Below are positions 1 through 11,198 of a DNA stretch of 26,652 bases, piece after piece. Source of the stretch: Trueperaceae bacterium (GTDB lineage Bacteria; Deinococcota; Deinococci; Deinococcales; Trueperaceae); assembly GCA_035703635.1 (NCBI GenBank), contig DASSXV010000028.1, forward strand, positions 1 to 26,652. The letters run 5' to 3'. Position 1 is the first letter of the stretch. Each line of letters starts with the position of its first letter. A program made the position numbers and the translations under genes. The notes under the pieces are model-generated. The model did not search any database and was not told the origin of the DNA. It saw nothing but the letters and a program-made list of their open reading frames with translations.

Positions 1-3441
<3,441 letters not shown>

Positions 3442-3456
3442 CTCCAAGGCGACCCC

Positions 3457-4200
3457 TCAGCCGAGCAGGTCGCCCAGCCACTCCTTGATGTCGACCCTGA
3501 TCGGCATGAAGTAAAGATCGGTGTCGTTCCGCACGGCGAACTCGAGCGCATCGGCCGCGAAGCGCTTGTGCCACGCCAACGTCGGCTCGAAGGAGCCAGG
3601 GAACACGGCTCGGTTGCGCGTCAACCAGTAGTTCGTGGCGCGCTGCGTGGTAACGCTCGTCACGCCCCAGAAGATCGGCACTCCAGGCAGCAACTCGCGC
3701 CACACCGCCATCAACCTCAGGTCGAAGAACGGTTGCGTGAAGAAACCATCCGCGCCGGCCTCGAGCTTGCGGCTGGCGTAATCGAGTTCCTGACTGAAGC
3801 CAGCGCGGTAAGGGTCGAGGGCCGCGTACACCTTCCAGTCCGGGTGAGCGGCCTTGAACGCCCTGACCACGTCGACGGCGTGAGCGCCGGTGAGGCGCCT
3901 GCCCATGTTCGCGGGAGGGTCGCCGGTTACGACGAGCACCTCGTTCACGCCAGCCGCCGCCAACCGCACGCCGGGCTGCCAGGGCCCGTGGAGATCCACT
4001 TCCATGGCGCGCACGTGAGGCACGGCAGCGAAGTGCGGGTGGCTCACGCGCAAGGCCAGGACGGCTTCCCAACCGGAAACGGTGAAATGCGCCAAGTCAG
4101 GCACGTTCACGACGTCAACGCGGCTCAAGCTGGCGACGTCCCCTAGCTGTTGCTCGAAGCTCTCTTGGTTGCGGGGGACGACCTCGACGGCTACACGCAC
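3457..4200 (-). CDS. metF: 5,10-methylenetetrahydrofolate reductase, short type (247 aa)
   Basis: N-terminal AVEVVPR (catalytic Glu), VVTGDPP (catalytic Asp) and KLEAGADGFFTQPFFD; adjacent to metH. Start moved to GTG at 4200 because the longer ORF (to 4521) overlaps tnaA and a -10 hexamer lies 6 nt upstream. Confidence 0.88.
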   Translation of the reverse strand: MRVAVEVVPRNQESFEQQLGDVASLSRVDVVNVPDLAHFTVSGWEAVLALRVSHPHFAAVPHVRAMEVDLHGPWQPGVRLAAAGVNEVLVVTGDPPANMGRRLTGAHAVDVVRAFKAAHPDWKVYAALDPYRAGFSQELDYASRKLEAGADGFFTQPFFDLRLMAVWRELLPGVPIFWGVTSVTTQRATNYWLTRNRAVFPGSFEPTLAWHKRFAADALEFAVRNDTDLYFMPIRVDIKEWLGDLLG

Positions 4201-4206
4201 CCGCGA

Positions 4207-4212
4207 AGCATA
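4207..4212 (-). promoter_or_regulatory. -10 element (TATGCT) of probable leaderless metF transcript
   Basis: TATGCT-6 nt-GTG with no Shine-Dalgarno, inside the 23-nt tnaA-metF gap. Confidence 0.65.
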
Positions 4213-4223
4213 GCCCTCAGCCT

Positions 4224-5633
4224 TCAGACAAGCAAAGCGCCGTCCAGTGGCTCGAAGCGTGCGCTGAAGTGTCTGAGCACGGGCGGCGCCTCCACCATCC
4301 GCACGCCGCGCACCCTCTCCCGCATGCCGCCGACGTAGAGGAGGACCTCGGCCAAGTAGTCGACGTGGCTCTGCGTGTAAGTGCGGCGCGGGAACGCCAG
4401 GCGCACGAGCTCGAGCGCGGCCGGTCGTTCGCTGCCGTCTGGTTGCCTGCCGAACATCACCGAGCCGATCTCGACCGAGCGCACGCCGCCGACGAGGTAG
4501 AGCACGCACGAGAGCGCCCACGCCGGATACTGGTCGCTAGGCAAGTGCTTGAGGAGCCTGCCTGCGTCGATGTAGACCGCATGTCCGCCCGTGGGTCGGA
4601 TGATGGGGATGTTCGCCGCGACTAGCCTCTCACCGAGGTACTCGATGGAACGCAGGCGGTAACGGAGGTACGGCTCCTCGAGCGCCTCCCCGAAGCCCAC
4701 CGCCAGCGCGTCCAGGTCGTAACCAGCGAGACCACCGTAGGTCGGGAAGCCCTCACCGAGGATGAGCAGGTTGCGGGCCGCGCCGGCCAATGCGTCATCG
4801 TTTAGGGCCAGGAAACCCCCGATGTTCGCCATGCCGTCCTTCTTGGCGCTCATGGTGGCGCCGTCCGCGTAACTGAACATCTCTTGAGCGATGGCGCGCG
4901 GCGTGCTGTTCTCGTAACCCGGCTCGCGCAGCTTGATGAAGTAGGCGTTCTCGGCGTAACGGCAGCAGTCCAAGATGAGCGGCACCCCGAAGTTGCGGCA
5001 CATGGCGCTCACGTCCCGGATGTTGGCCATCGAAACGGGCTGGCCGCCGCCCGAGTTGTTCGTCACGGTCAGCATGACGAACGGCACCCGAGAGCTCTCT
5101 TCTTCGAGGAGCAGCCGCAGCGCCTCGATGTCCATGTTCCCCTTGAACGGGTGAACCTCTTCTGGGTAGCGCGCGTCCATGCTTGGCAGGTCGACGGCGA
5201 CCGCCCCAACGGCCTCGATGTTGGCGCGCGTCGTGTCGAAGTGCGTGTTGCTCGGCACTACGTCCCGGTGCTTGAGGGCGGCGTTGCACAAGATGCGCTC
5301 GGCGGCGCGCCCTTGGTGCGTCGGGAAGATGTGCTTGAACCCCGTGATGTCCTTGAGCACCGCCTCGAAGCGGTCGAAGGAGCGGCTGCCTGCGTAGCTC
5401 TCGTCGCCGCGCATCATGGCCGCCCACTGCTCGCTCGACATGGCGCCGGTGCCAGAGTCGGTCAACAAGTCGATGAGGACGTGATCGGCATGCAAGTTGA
5501 AGAGGTTATAGCCAGCCTCTTCGAGCGCTGCCTCGCGCTCCGCACGCGTAGTGAACTGAATGGGTTCCACCGACTTGATGCGGAACGGCTCGATGATGGT
5601 GTGGAACTGAGGGTCGACGCGGTCTTGCGGCAT
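4224..5633 (-). CDS. tnaA: Tryptophanase (tryptophan indole-lyase, beta-eliminating lyase family)
   Basis: EPFRIKSVE, IDLLTDSGT, GDESYAGS, HQGRAAE and PLP-lysine motif SAKKD. VEIGS and LRHF match tryptophanase rather than tyrosine phenol-lyase (SGKKD, MERG, LRFF). AGGAGG just upstream of the ATG. Confidence 0.9.
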   Translation of the reverse strand: MPQDRVDPQFHTIIEPFRIKSVEPIQFTTRAEREAALEEAGYNLFNLHADHVLIDLLTDSGTGAMSSEQWAAMMRGDESYAGSRSFDRFEAVLKDITGFKHIFPTHQGRAAERILCNAALKHRDVVPSNTHFDTTRANIEAVGAVAVDLPSMDARYPEEVHPFKGNMDIEALRLLLEEESSRVPFVMLTVTNNSGGGQPVSMANIRDVSAMCRNFGVPLILDCCRYAENAYFIKLREPGYENSTPRAIAQEMFSYADGATMSAKKDGMANIGGFLALNDDALAGAARNLLILGEGFPTYGGLAGYDLDALAVGFGEALEEPYLRYRLRSIEYLGERLVAANIPIIRPTGGHAVYIDAGRLLKHLPSDQYPAWALSCVLYLVGGVRSVEIGSVMFGRQPDGSERPAALELVRLAFPRRTYTQSHVDYLAEVLLYVGGMRERVRGVRMVEAPPVLRHFSARFEPLDGALLV

Positions 5634-5718
5634 GAGGCCTCCTGCGCCGAACTAGAGCAGGCGAGCCGCTGCTTGCAGCGGTCCCGACGGACTCACGGCG
5701 CGTGCGAGTGGTGCCTTG

Positions 5719-5724
5719 ATGATA
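5719..5724 (-). promoter_or_regulatory. Candidate -10 element (TATCAT) for tnaA
   Basis: AT-rich TANNNT hexamer in the aspC-tnaA gap, about 85 nt upstream of the tnaA start. Confidence 0.45.
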
Positions 5725-5772
5725 GTCCCGCGCTTGACCAACGACGCCGCCCGCTAGGCCGTTGTACGGAGT

Positions 5773-6927
5773 TCAGCCGATCAACGCCTCGATGCGGCGC
5801 AGAGCTTCCTTGACGTCGTCGAGGCTCGTCGCGTAGCTCAGGCGCACTTTGCCCGGCGCTAGGAAGTCCGTTCCCGGCACTACCGCGACGCGCGCCTCGT
5901 CGAGCAAGCGGATGGCCGCGCGCTCCTCATCGGGGTCGATGCTCGTGGTGTCGGTCATGACGTAGAACGCGCCGGCCGGCTTCGGTGTCGGGAGGCCAAG
6001 GCGGTTGAGGCCCGCGACCAGCACGTCACGCCGCTCGCGGTAAGCCGCGCGCGTCATGGCCTGGAACGCCGCCGTCTTCTCGACCTCGTTCAGGGCCGCG
6101 ACGGTGGCGTACTGCGCCAAGGAGTTCGCCCCTGACGTCGACTGCCCCTGAAGGCGCGTCATAGCCGCGATAAGTGGCTTGGGGCCAACCCCGAAGCCGA
6201 TGCGCCAGCCTGTCATGGCGTAACCCTTGGATGCGCCGTGCACGATCAGCGTGCGCTGCGGCACGAGTGCCGCCGCCGTCGAGAACTCACCGTCGTAGAT
6301 GAGGTGCTCGTATAGGTCATCGCTGAAGAGCCACAGGTCGTGCTCCTCCGCCAGCTCCGCGAACTCCCTCACGAGGGCCGGCGGATACACGGCGCCGGTC
6401 GGGTTGGACGGCGAGTTGATGAGCAAGACCTTCGTGCGCGGCGTTATCGCCTTGCGCACGTCCGCTATGTCGGGCACGAAGCCGTCAGCCGCACTGGCAG
6501 TGACAACCACTGGCACGCCGCCAGCCAACTCCACCTGCGCCGGGTAACTGACCCAGTAAGGCGCCACCATGACGACCTCGTCACCAGGCTCGAGCACGGA
6601 CATGAAGGCGTTGTAGAGGGTCTGCTTGCCGCCGTTGCTCACGAGGACCTGGTCTGGGGCGTAAGTGAGGCCGTTCTCGCGCTTGAACTTGGCGGCTACG
6701 GCTTCGCGCAGTTCGCCGGTTCCCTCAGTGGCCGTGTACTTCGTGAGGCCGAGGCGGATCCCTTCGCGCGCCGCCTCGAGCACGTGCTCTGGCGGTAGGA
6801 AGTCGGGCTCGCCCGCCGTCATCGCTATGACGTCGATGCCTTGCCGCGCCAATTCCTTAGCGCGGCCAGCGAAGGCGACGGTCGACGACGCCTTCAAGGT
6901 CGTTACGCGTTCGGCGAGCCCTGGCAC
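5773..6927 (-). CDS. aspC: Aspartate aminotransferase, class I PLP-dependent (subgroup Ib-like)
   Basis: AGEPDF, NGGKQ (Lys typical of subgroup Ib acidic-substrate specificity), NSPSNPTG, DDLY, SKGYAMTGWRIG (PLP Lys), GAFY, RLSYA. Starts 2 nt after the ndk stop. Confidence 0.85.
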   Translation of the reverse strand: MPGLAERVTTLKASSTVAFAGRAKELARQGIDVIAMTAGEPDFLPPEHVLEAAREGIRLGLTKYTATEGTGELREAVAAKFKRENGLTYAPDQVLVSNGGKQTLYNAFMSVLEPGDEVVMVAPYWVSYPAQVELAGGVPVVVTASAADGFVPDIADVRKAITPRTKVLLINSPSNPTGAVYPPALVREFAELAEEHDLWLFSDDLYEHLIYDGEFSTAAALVPQRTLIVHGASKGYAMTGWRIGFGVGPKPLIAAMTRLQGQSTSGANSLAQYATVAALNEVEKTAAFQAMTRAAYRERRDVLVAGLNRLGLPTPKPAGAFYVMTDTTSIDPDEERAAIRLLDEARVAVVPGTDFLAPGKVRLSYATSLDDVKEALRRIEALIG

Positions 6928-6929
6928 GC

Positions 6930-7346
6930 TCAGCCCTGCAACTCAGGGAAGAAGATGCCGATCTCGCGCTCGGCGGTGGCTGGGGCGTCGGAGCCGTGCG
7001 CCACGTTCTCGTCGATGGTGGTCGCGAAATCACCGCGGATGGTGCCCTGCGGGGCGTCCTTGGGGTTCGTCGGGCCCATCATGCCGCGCCAGCCGAGGAT
7101 GGCGTTCTCGCCCTCGAGGACCATGGCGACGACCGGGCCGGAAGTGATGAACGAGACGAGGCCAGCGAAGAACGGCTTGCCCGCGTGCTCACCGTAGTGG
7201 CGTTCGGCCGTTTCCTGGCTGATGACCATCTGCTTGAGGGCCACGATCTTGTAGCCCTTGGCCTCGATGCGAGAGACGATGTTACCGACCAGGCTGCGCT
7301 TGACGCCGTCTGGCTTGACCATTGCGAAGGTGCGCTCAGTTGCCAT
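6930..7346 (-). CDS. ndk: Nucleoside diphosphate kinase (138 aa)
   Basis: [30 protein letters not shown] and catalytic NVAHGSD. Start set at ATG 7346 (MATERTF). Confidence 0.96.
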   Translation of the reverse strand: MATERTFAMVKPDGVKRSLVGNIVSRIEAKGYKIVALKQMVISQETAERHYGEHAGKPFFAGLVSFITSGPVVAMVLEGENAILGWRGMMGPTNPKDAPQGTIRGDFATTIDENVAHGSDAPATAEREIGIFFPELQG

Positions 7347-7354
7347 AACGGCTG

Positions 7355-7363
7355 AGGATATCA
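7355..7363 (-). promoter_or_regulatory. Extended -10 (TGaTATCCT) for ndk-aspC, near-leaderless
   Basis: TGnTANNNT ending 8 nt before the ndk ATG; no SD sequence in between. Confidence 0.6.
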
Positions 7364-7380
7364 CGCCAAGGCGAGCGCCC

Positions 7381-7410
7381 TTGACCCCGCCAGACGCCAG
7401 ACGATAGCGT
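7381..7410 (+). promoter_or_regulatory. Sigma70-type promoter TTGACC-N18-TAGCGT for the DUF1648-like gene
   Basis: -35 at 7381-7386, -10 at 7405-7410, in-frame GTG 7 nt downstream at 7418. Confidence 0.6.
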
Positions 7411-7417
7411 GTCACAC

Positions 7418-7948
7418 GTGCGTCTAACCCCGGAGCAGGAGCAGGCCATCAAGCGCGAGATGGCACGCCCGCCAGCCACCCTCGACTGGTACTTGGAGGT
7501 CATCGCCGCCCTCGCCATCCTGCTGCCGTTCGGCTACCTGCTCGCCGCGTGGTCCGAGCTGCCGACCACCATACCCACCCACTTCGACGCGGCGGGCAAG
7601 GCAGACGGCTTCGGTTCGCGCTCGACACTCTTCGTCCTGATCGGCGTGCAGGTCGCCCTCTTCCTCCTGCTTACCTTCATGCGCTACCTGCCAGCGCGCT
7701 TCTACAACGTCCCCGTAACGGTCACGGAACGCAACCTCGTACGAGTCGGCGCCCTACTGCGGCGCTTCCCGCGCGTCATGAAGGCGGCGCTCTCCCTCAC
7801 CTTGGGCATGTTGATCGTGGGGACGATACGCGTGGCGCTAGCCCAGGCAACCAGCCTCAGCCCGTGGCTCACGGGCATCGGCATGGCCGGCATTCTGTGC
7901 GCCGTCCTCTGGTTGCTGGTGGAGACCTCGAGGATCAGTCGCGCCTAG
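7418..7948 (+). CDS. DUF1648-like membrane protein (about 4 TM segments)
   Basis: [24 protein letters not shown] matches the DUF1648 pattern LPxxIPxHFxxxGxxDxxG, followed by the YNVPV motif and hydrophobic segments. Start GTG 7418 preferred over 7409 from promoter geometry. Confidence 0.8.
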   Translation: MRLTPEQEQAIKREMARPPATLDWYLEVIAALAILLPFGYLLAAWSELPTTIPTHFDAAGKADGFGSRSTLFVLIGVQVALFLLLTFMRYLPARFYNVPVTVTERNLVRVGALLRRFPRVMKAALSLTLGMLIVGTIRVALAQATSLSPWLTGIGMAGILCAVLWLLVETSRISRA

Positions 7949-8421
7949 GAGCTCTCGAGTTGAGCGAGGTGGTTGAGGTCGTGCCCGGCCAGGAAGCGCA
8001 CCATCTGATCGACGCTCTCGGGCCCGCGCACCGGGTGAACGCCCTCCGCCAACCAGTCCTGCAGGGTGAGGCTCGCTAACCAGGCGAGGTTCCAGGCGCG
8101 CACCGAGCGGAAGGCCTCGAGCGCGAGGCTAGGGTCCAGCTTGCCGTAGTGTTCGGCCCAGACGTCCTGGTCGTACTCGACGTGCTCGATCCCTGGCAAC
8201 GCCACCGTTTGCCGCAAGCGCCAAGCCGTGGCCAACTCGACGTCGGCCAAGTGCGCAACGACGTCGCGGCGCCGCCACTTGCCTGGCGCGTAAGGCTCGT
8301 TCAGCTCGCTCGCGCTCATGCCTTCCACGAGTTCGGCCAGCACCACAGGCGTCGCCTGTAGCACCTCAACCGGGTCGCGTTGCCCTACCAGCGTCATCAG
8401 GCGCCCCATGTAGTCGCTCAT
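7945..8421 (-). CDS. DinB/YfiT-superfamily protein (possible thiol S-transferase)
   Basis: PGKWxxxxVVAHLADVE and C-terminal GHDLNHLAQL supply the three-His metal triad; YDQDVWA and R..NLA are typical of DinB_2 proteins. Confidence 0.85.
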   Translation of the reverse strand: MSDYMGRLMTLVGQRDPVEVLQATPVVLAELVEGMSASELNEPYAPGKWRRRDVVAHLADVELATAWRLRQTVALPGIEHVEYDQDVWAEHYGKLDPSLALEAFRSVRAWNLAWLASLTLQDWLAEGVHPVRGPESVDQMVRFLAGHDLNHLAQLESS

Positions 8422-8461
8422 AGGCCCCTACTCTAGCCTTGGCACCTTGGTCGCGCGTAGG

Positions 8462-9511
8462 TCAGTTGCCGTACTCTGCTGGCAGCAACTGTAGCGCCCC
8501 CGAAGCGAAGACGCGGTCGAACGCCTGGATGACCTCGGGATCGAACTGCGTGCCTGAACCGCGGCGGATCTCTTCCGCTGCGAGCGCCGGGCTGACGGCC
8601 TTGCGATGCGCGTGATCGTGCGTGAGGGAATCGTACGCGTCCGCGATCGCCAAGATGCGCGACTCAAGTGGAATGGCGTCACCGGACAACCCGCTTGGGT
8701 AGCCGTTGCCGTCCCACCACTCGTGGTGCGTTAACGCGATGAGCTCCGCCAACCGCATCATCGGCGAGCGACTACCTGCCAGGAGCGCGGCTCCGGCTCG
8801 TGCGTGGCCCTTCACGACCGCGAACTCCTCGGGCGTCAACCGCCCGGCCTTGAGCAAGATGCCGTCTGGGATGGTGATCTTGCCGACGTCATGCAGGCGA
8901 GCCGCGCGCAGGAGTAGTTCGACTTTGCCGGGCGTCATGCCGAGCTCGCGCGCGATGACGCCACAGGTGTGCGCCACGCGCCACGTGTGCTCACCGGTGT
9001 CGTCGTCGCGGTACTCTGCCGCGCGCGCCAAGCGGACCAGCATCTCGAGCTGGGAGTGCTCGAGCTCCTGCGTGCGGCGCCTAACGGCCGACTCGAGGCG
9101 TTCGTTCTGCTTCTCGAGCTCGAGCTGGTAGTGCCTCGTCTCGAGCAGGTTCCTGATGCGCAGACGCGCCTCCGTTGGGTTCACCGGCTTGGTCAGGAAG
9201 TCGCGCACCCCGTTGGCGAGGGCCGTTTCGCGCAGTTCGGTACGCGAGTCACCCGTGACCATGAGCACCGGGAAGGCGTCGGGCAGCTCTGGCCCGAGCT
9301 CGGCTAGTACTTCGAGGCCGTCGCGGAGCGGCATGTGCTGGTCGATCACCAGCAAGTCAGGTTGGTCCTCGATGAAGCGCTTGGCGGCGCCGACCGGGTC
9401 GTCGCACACCCTCACGTCTTGGTAACCGGCGCGCGTCAGGAGGCCTCGCATGAGGACGAGGGCCGACTCTTCGTCGTCGACCAACAGAATGCGCATGCCA
9501 GTGAGGTCCAC
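8462..9511 (-). CDS. Response regulator with REC and HD-GYP domains (RpfG-like cyclic dinucleotide phosphodiesterase)
   Basis: REC: ILLVDD, phospho-Asp in VIDQHMP, VTG, FLTKP. Coiled-coil linker, then RDDDTGEH, LHDVGK, HHEWWDGNGYP, IADAYD. Start is GTG 9511 or ATG 9496; the ORF extension to 9712 is not protein-like. Confidence 0.9.
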   Translation of the reverse strand: MDLTGMRILLVDDEESALVLMRGLLTRAGYQDVRVCDDPVGAAKRFIEDQPDLLVIDQHMPLRDGLEVLAELGPELPDAFPVLMVTGDSRTELRETALANGVRDFLTKPVNPTEARLRIRNLLETRHYQLELEKQNERLESAVRRRTQELEHSQLEMLVRLARAAEYRDDDTGEHTWRVAHTCGVIARELGMTPGKVELLLRAARLHDVGKITIPDGILLKAGRLTPEEFAVVKGHARAGAALLAGSRSPMMRLAELIALTHHEWWDGNGYPSGLSGDAIPLESRILAIADAYDSLTHDHAHRKAVSPALAAEEIRRGSGTQFDPEVIQAFDRVFASGALQLLPAEYGN

Positions 9512-9693
9512 AGTTGAGGCATGATAGAGCGCTGAAGGCACAGTCACTGCTAGGTTCTTCCCATCTCTCCCACTTGCCGGAAGCCCGCCCCACCCCCGTT
9601 GGGCGCTGTGGTGATGATAGGCAACCGACGATAACGAGGTTCTTACCCGCCCAGCTGCCGCCATGGAGTTGCATGTTGCGGGGAGACAATGCG

Positions 9694-9724
9694 AAGGCCG
9701 GCGACGCTTCACGCCGCCGGCCTT
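9694..9724 (-). terminator. Hairpin terminating the nuo operon
   Basis: Perfect 10-bp inverted repeat AAGGCCGGCG...CGCCGGCCTT beginning 16 nt after the nuoN stop; U-tract is weak. Confidence 0.65.
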
Positions 9725-9740
9725 AGACTCGGAACCTAGT

Positions 9741-11198
9741 TCAGAACGAAGCGAGCAACCGCGGCCCTTCGCTTAAGAGCGTGTGCCACCAGCCCGGGAA
9801 GACACCGAGCAGAACCGTGCCTGCCAAGGCAACGACGATGGCGATCTGCGCCGCCTTCGAACGGAAGGCGGGGGCGTCGTACGCGCTCTCGCGGAAGTAC
9901 ATGTACCCCACGACCCGGAAGTAGTAAACGAGCGCCACGATGCTCGTGGCGATGCCGAGGACGGCCAGCCACACGTAGCCAGCGTCTATCGCTGCCTGGA
10001 ACACGAGCACCTTGCCCATGAAGCCGCCTAGGAACGGTATGCCGCCGAGGCTAAGCATGAACACGGTCATCACGGCTGCCAGCAGCGGCTGCCTGCGGCC
10101 GAGGCCAGCGAAGCGCTCGAGGTCGTCGCCGTGGTCGTTGGCGTCCGAGACGAGGCTAAGCACCGCGAACGCGCCGGCGTTCATGAAGGCGTACGCGGTG
10201 AGGTAGAAGGCCGCAGCCGCCCCTCCCCCGTTATCGGTAGCTAGTAGCGCGAGGCCAAGGTAGCCGGCGTGCGCCACCGAGGAGTATGCGAGCATGCGCT
10301 TCACGCCGCGCTGCATGAGGGCCGAGAAGTTGCCGACCACGAGCGTGAGGGCAACCATCACTGCCAGCGCCGTGAGGAGCCATGGTTGCAGCGCAGGGAA
10401 CACGACCGTCGCGATGCGTAGCAGGGCAGCGAACGCGCCGACCTTCACGACGACGGACATGAACGTGACGACTACCGTCGGCGCGCCCGTGTACACGTCA
10501 GGCGCCCACTGGTGGAACGGCGCCAACGCCGCCTTGAAGCCGAGGCCAGCCAAGACGAGCGCTCCACCGACGGTGGCGAGGAGGGTGAGGTTGCTGCCCG
10601 TTAGCGAGGCAACGATGTCGCCGTACACGAACGAGCCGCTGGCGCCGTAAACGAGCGCGGTGCCGTAGATGAGGATGGCGGAGCCGAAGGCGCCGAGCAG
10701 GAAGTACTTCATGCCCGCCTCCTCCGACTGCCTGTCGCGCGTGCGCCAGGCAGAGAGGGCGTAGACGGGCAACGACATGATCTCGAGGCCGAGGATCAGG
10801 GTGATGAGGTCGCCCGCAGACGCCATGATCACGGCGCCGAGCGCGGCTAGGAGCATGAGGGGGTAGTACTCGGGATGCTCCATCGCGCCGCGCCCGAGTT
10901 GGTCCCAGCTGACGAGAACGGCGATCGCCGTGCCAAGCAGGATGACGATGGTGAGGGCAAGGGCGGGCACGTCGCCTAGGTAACGAAGGCCGAAACTGCT
11001 GGCGGTCGGTTCACCGGCTAGCAGTTGCGCGACGGTGAAGACGGAGGCCGTGACGAGCCCGATGATGGCAACGGCGGCCGCGCCGCGCGAATCGCGGGCG
11101 GACAGCGCGAAGAACAGGGTGACTGCCGCCGTAACCAGGAGGGTTATGGCAGGAGCCATGACGCTCCAGTGGATGTCGATGACGCCAGGGAAGGTCAC
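9741..11198 (-). CDS. nuoN: NADH-quinone oxidoreductase subunit N
   Basis: LEIMSL, EAGMKYFLLG, FKAALAPFHQWAPDVYTGAP, KRMLAYSSVAHAGY, GFMGK; last gene of the operon. Confidence 0.96.
   Translation of the reverse strand: MTFPGVIDIHWSVMAPAITLLVTAAVTLFFALSARDSRGAAAVAIIGLVTASVFTVAQLLAGEPTASSFGLRYLGDVPALALTIVILLGTAIAVLVSWDQLGRGAMEHPEYYPLMLLAALGAVIMASAGDLITLILGLEIMSLPVYALSAWRTRDRQSEEAGMKYFLLGAFGSAILIYGTALVYGASGSFVYGDIVASLTGSNLTLLATVGGALVLAGLGFKAALAPFHQWAPDVYTGAPTVVVTFMSVVVKVGAFAALLRIATVVFPALQPWLLTALAVMVALTLVVGNFSALMQRGVKRMLAYSSVAHAGYLGLALLATDNGGGAAAAFYLTAYAFMNAGAFAVLSLVSDANDHGDDLERFAGLGRRQPLLAAVMTVFMLSLGGIPFLGGFMGKVLVFQAAIDAGYVWLAVLGIATSIVALVYYFRVVGYMYFRESAYDAPAFRSKAAQIAIVVALAGTVLLGVFPGWWHTLLSEGPRLLASF

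Noticed and set aside
4224..5633. Tyrosine phenol-lyase call
   Set aside because: Diagnostic residues SAKKD, VEIG and LRHF match tryptophanase.
5652..5696. uORF upstream of tnaA as a TnaC leader peptide
   Set aside because: MSPSGPLQAAARLL has no Trp, no WxxxD and no terminal Pro-stop, and lacks an SD.
9044..9145. Six CTCGAG copies in about 100 bp, and roughly 40 across the window by manual count, as a HIP-like repeat
   Set aside because: Largely explained by Leu-Glu (CTC GAG) codon pairs, here in a coiled-coil linker. A codon-aware enrichment test would be needed to claim more.
9527..9693. c-di-GMP riboswitch upstream of the HD-GYP gene
   Set aside because: I could not find class I (GNRA tetraloop/receptor) or class II (kink-turn) hallmarks. 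An Rfam search would settle it.
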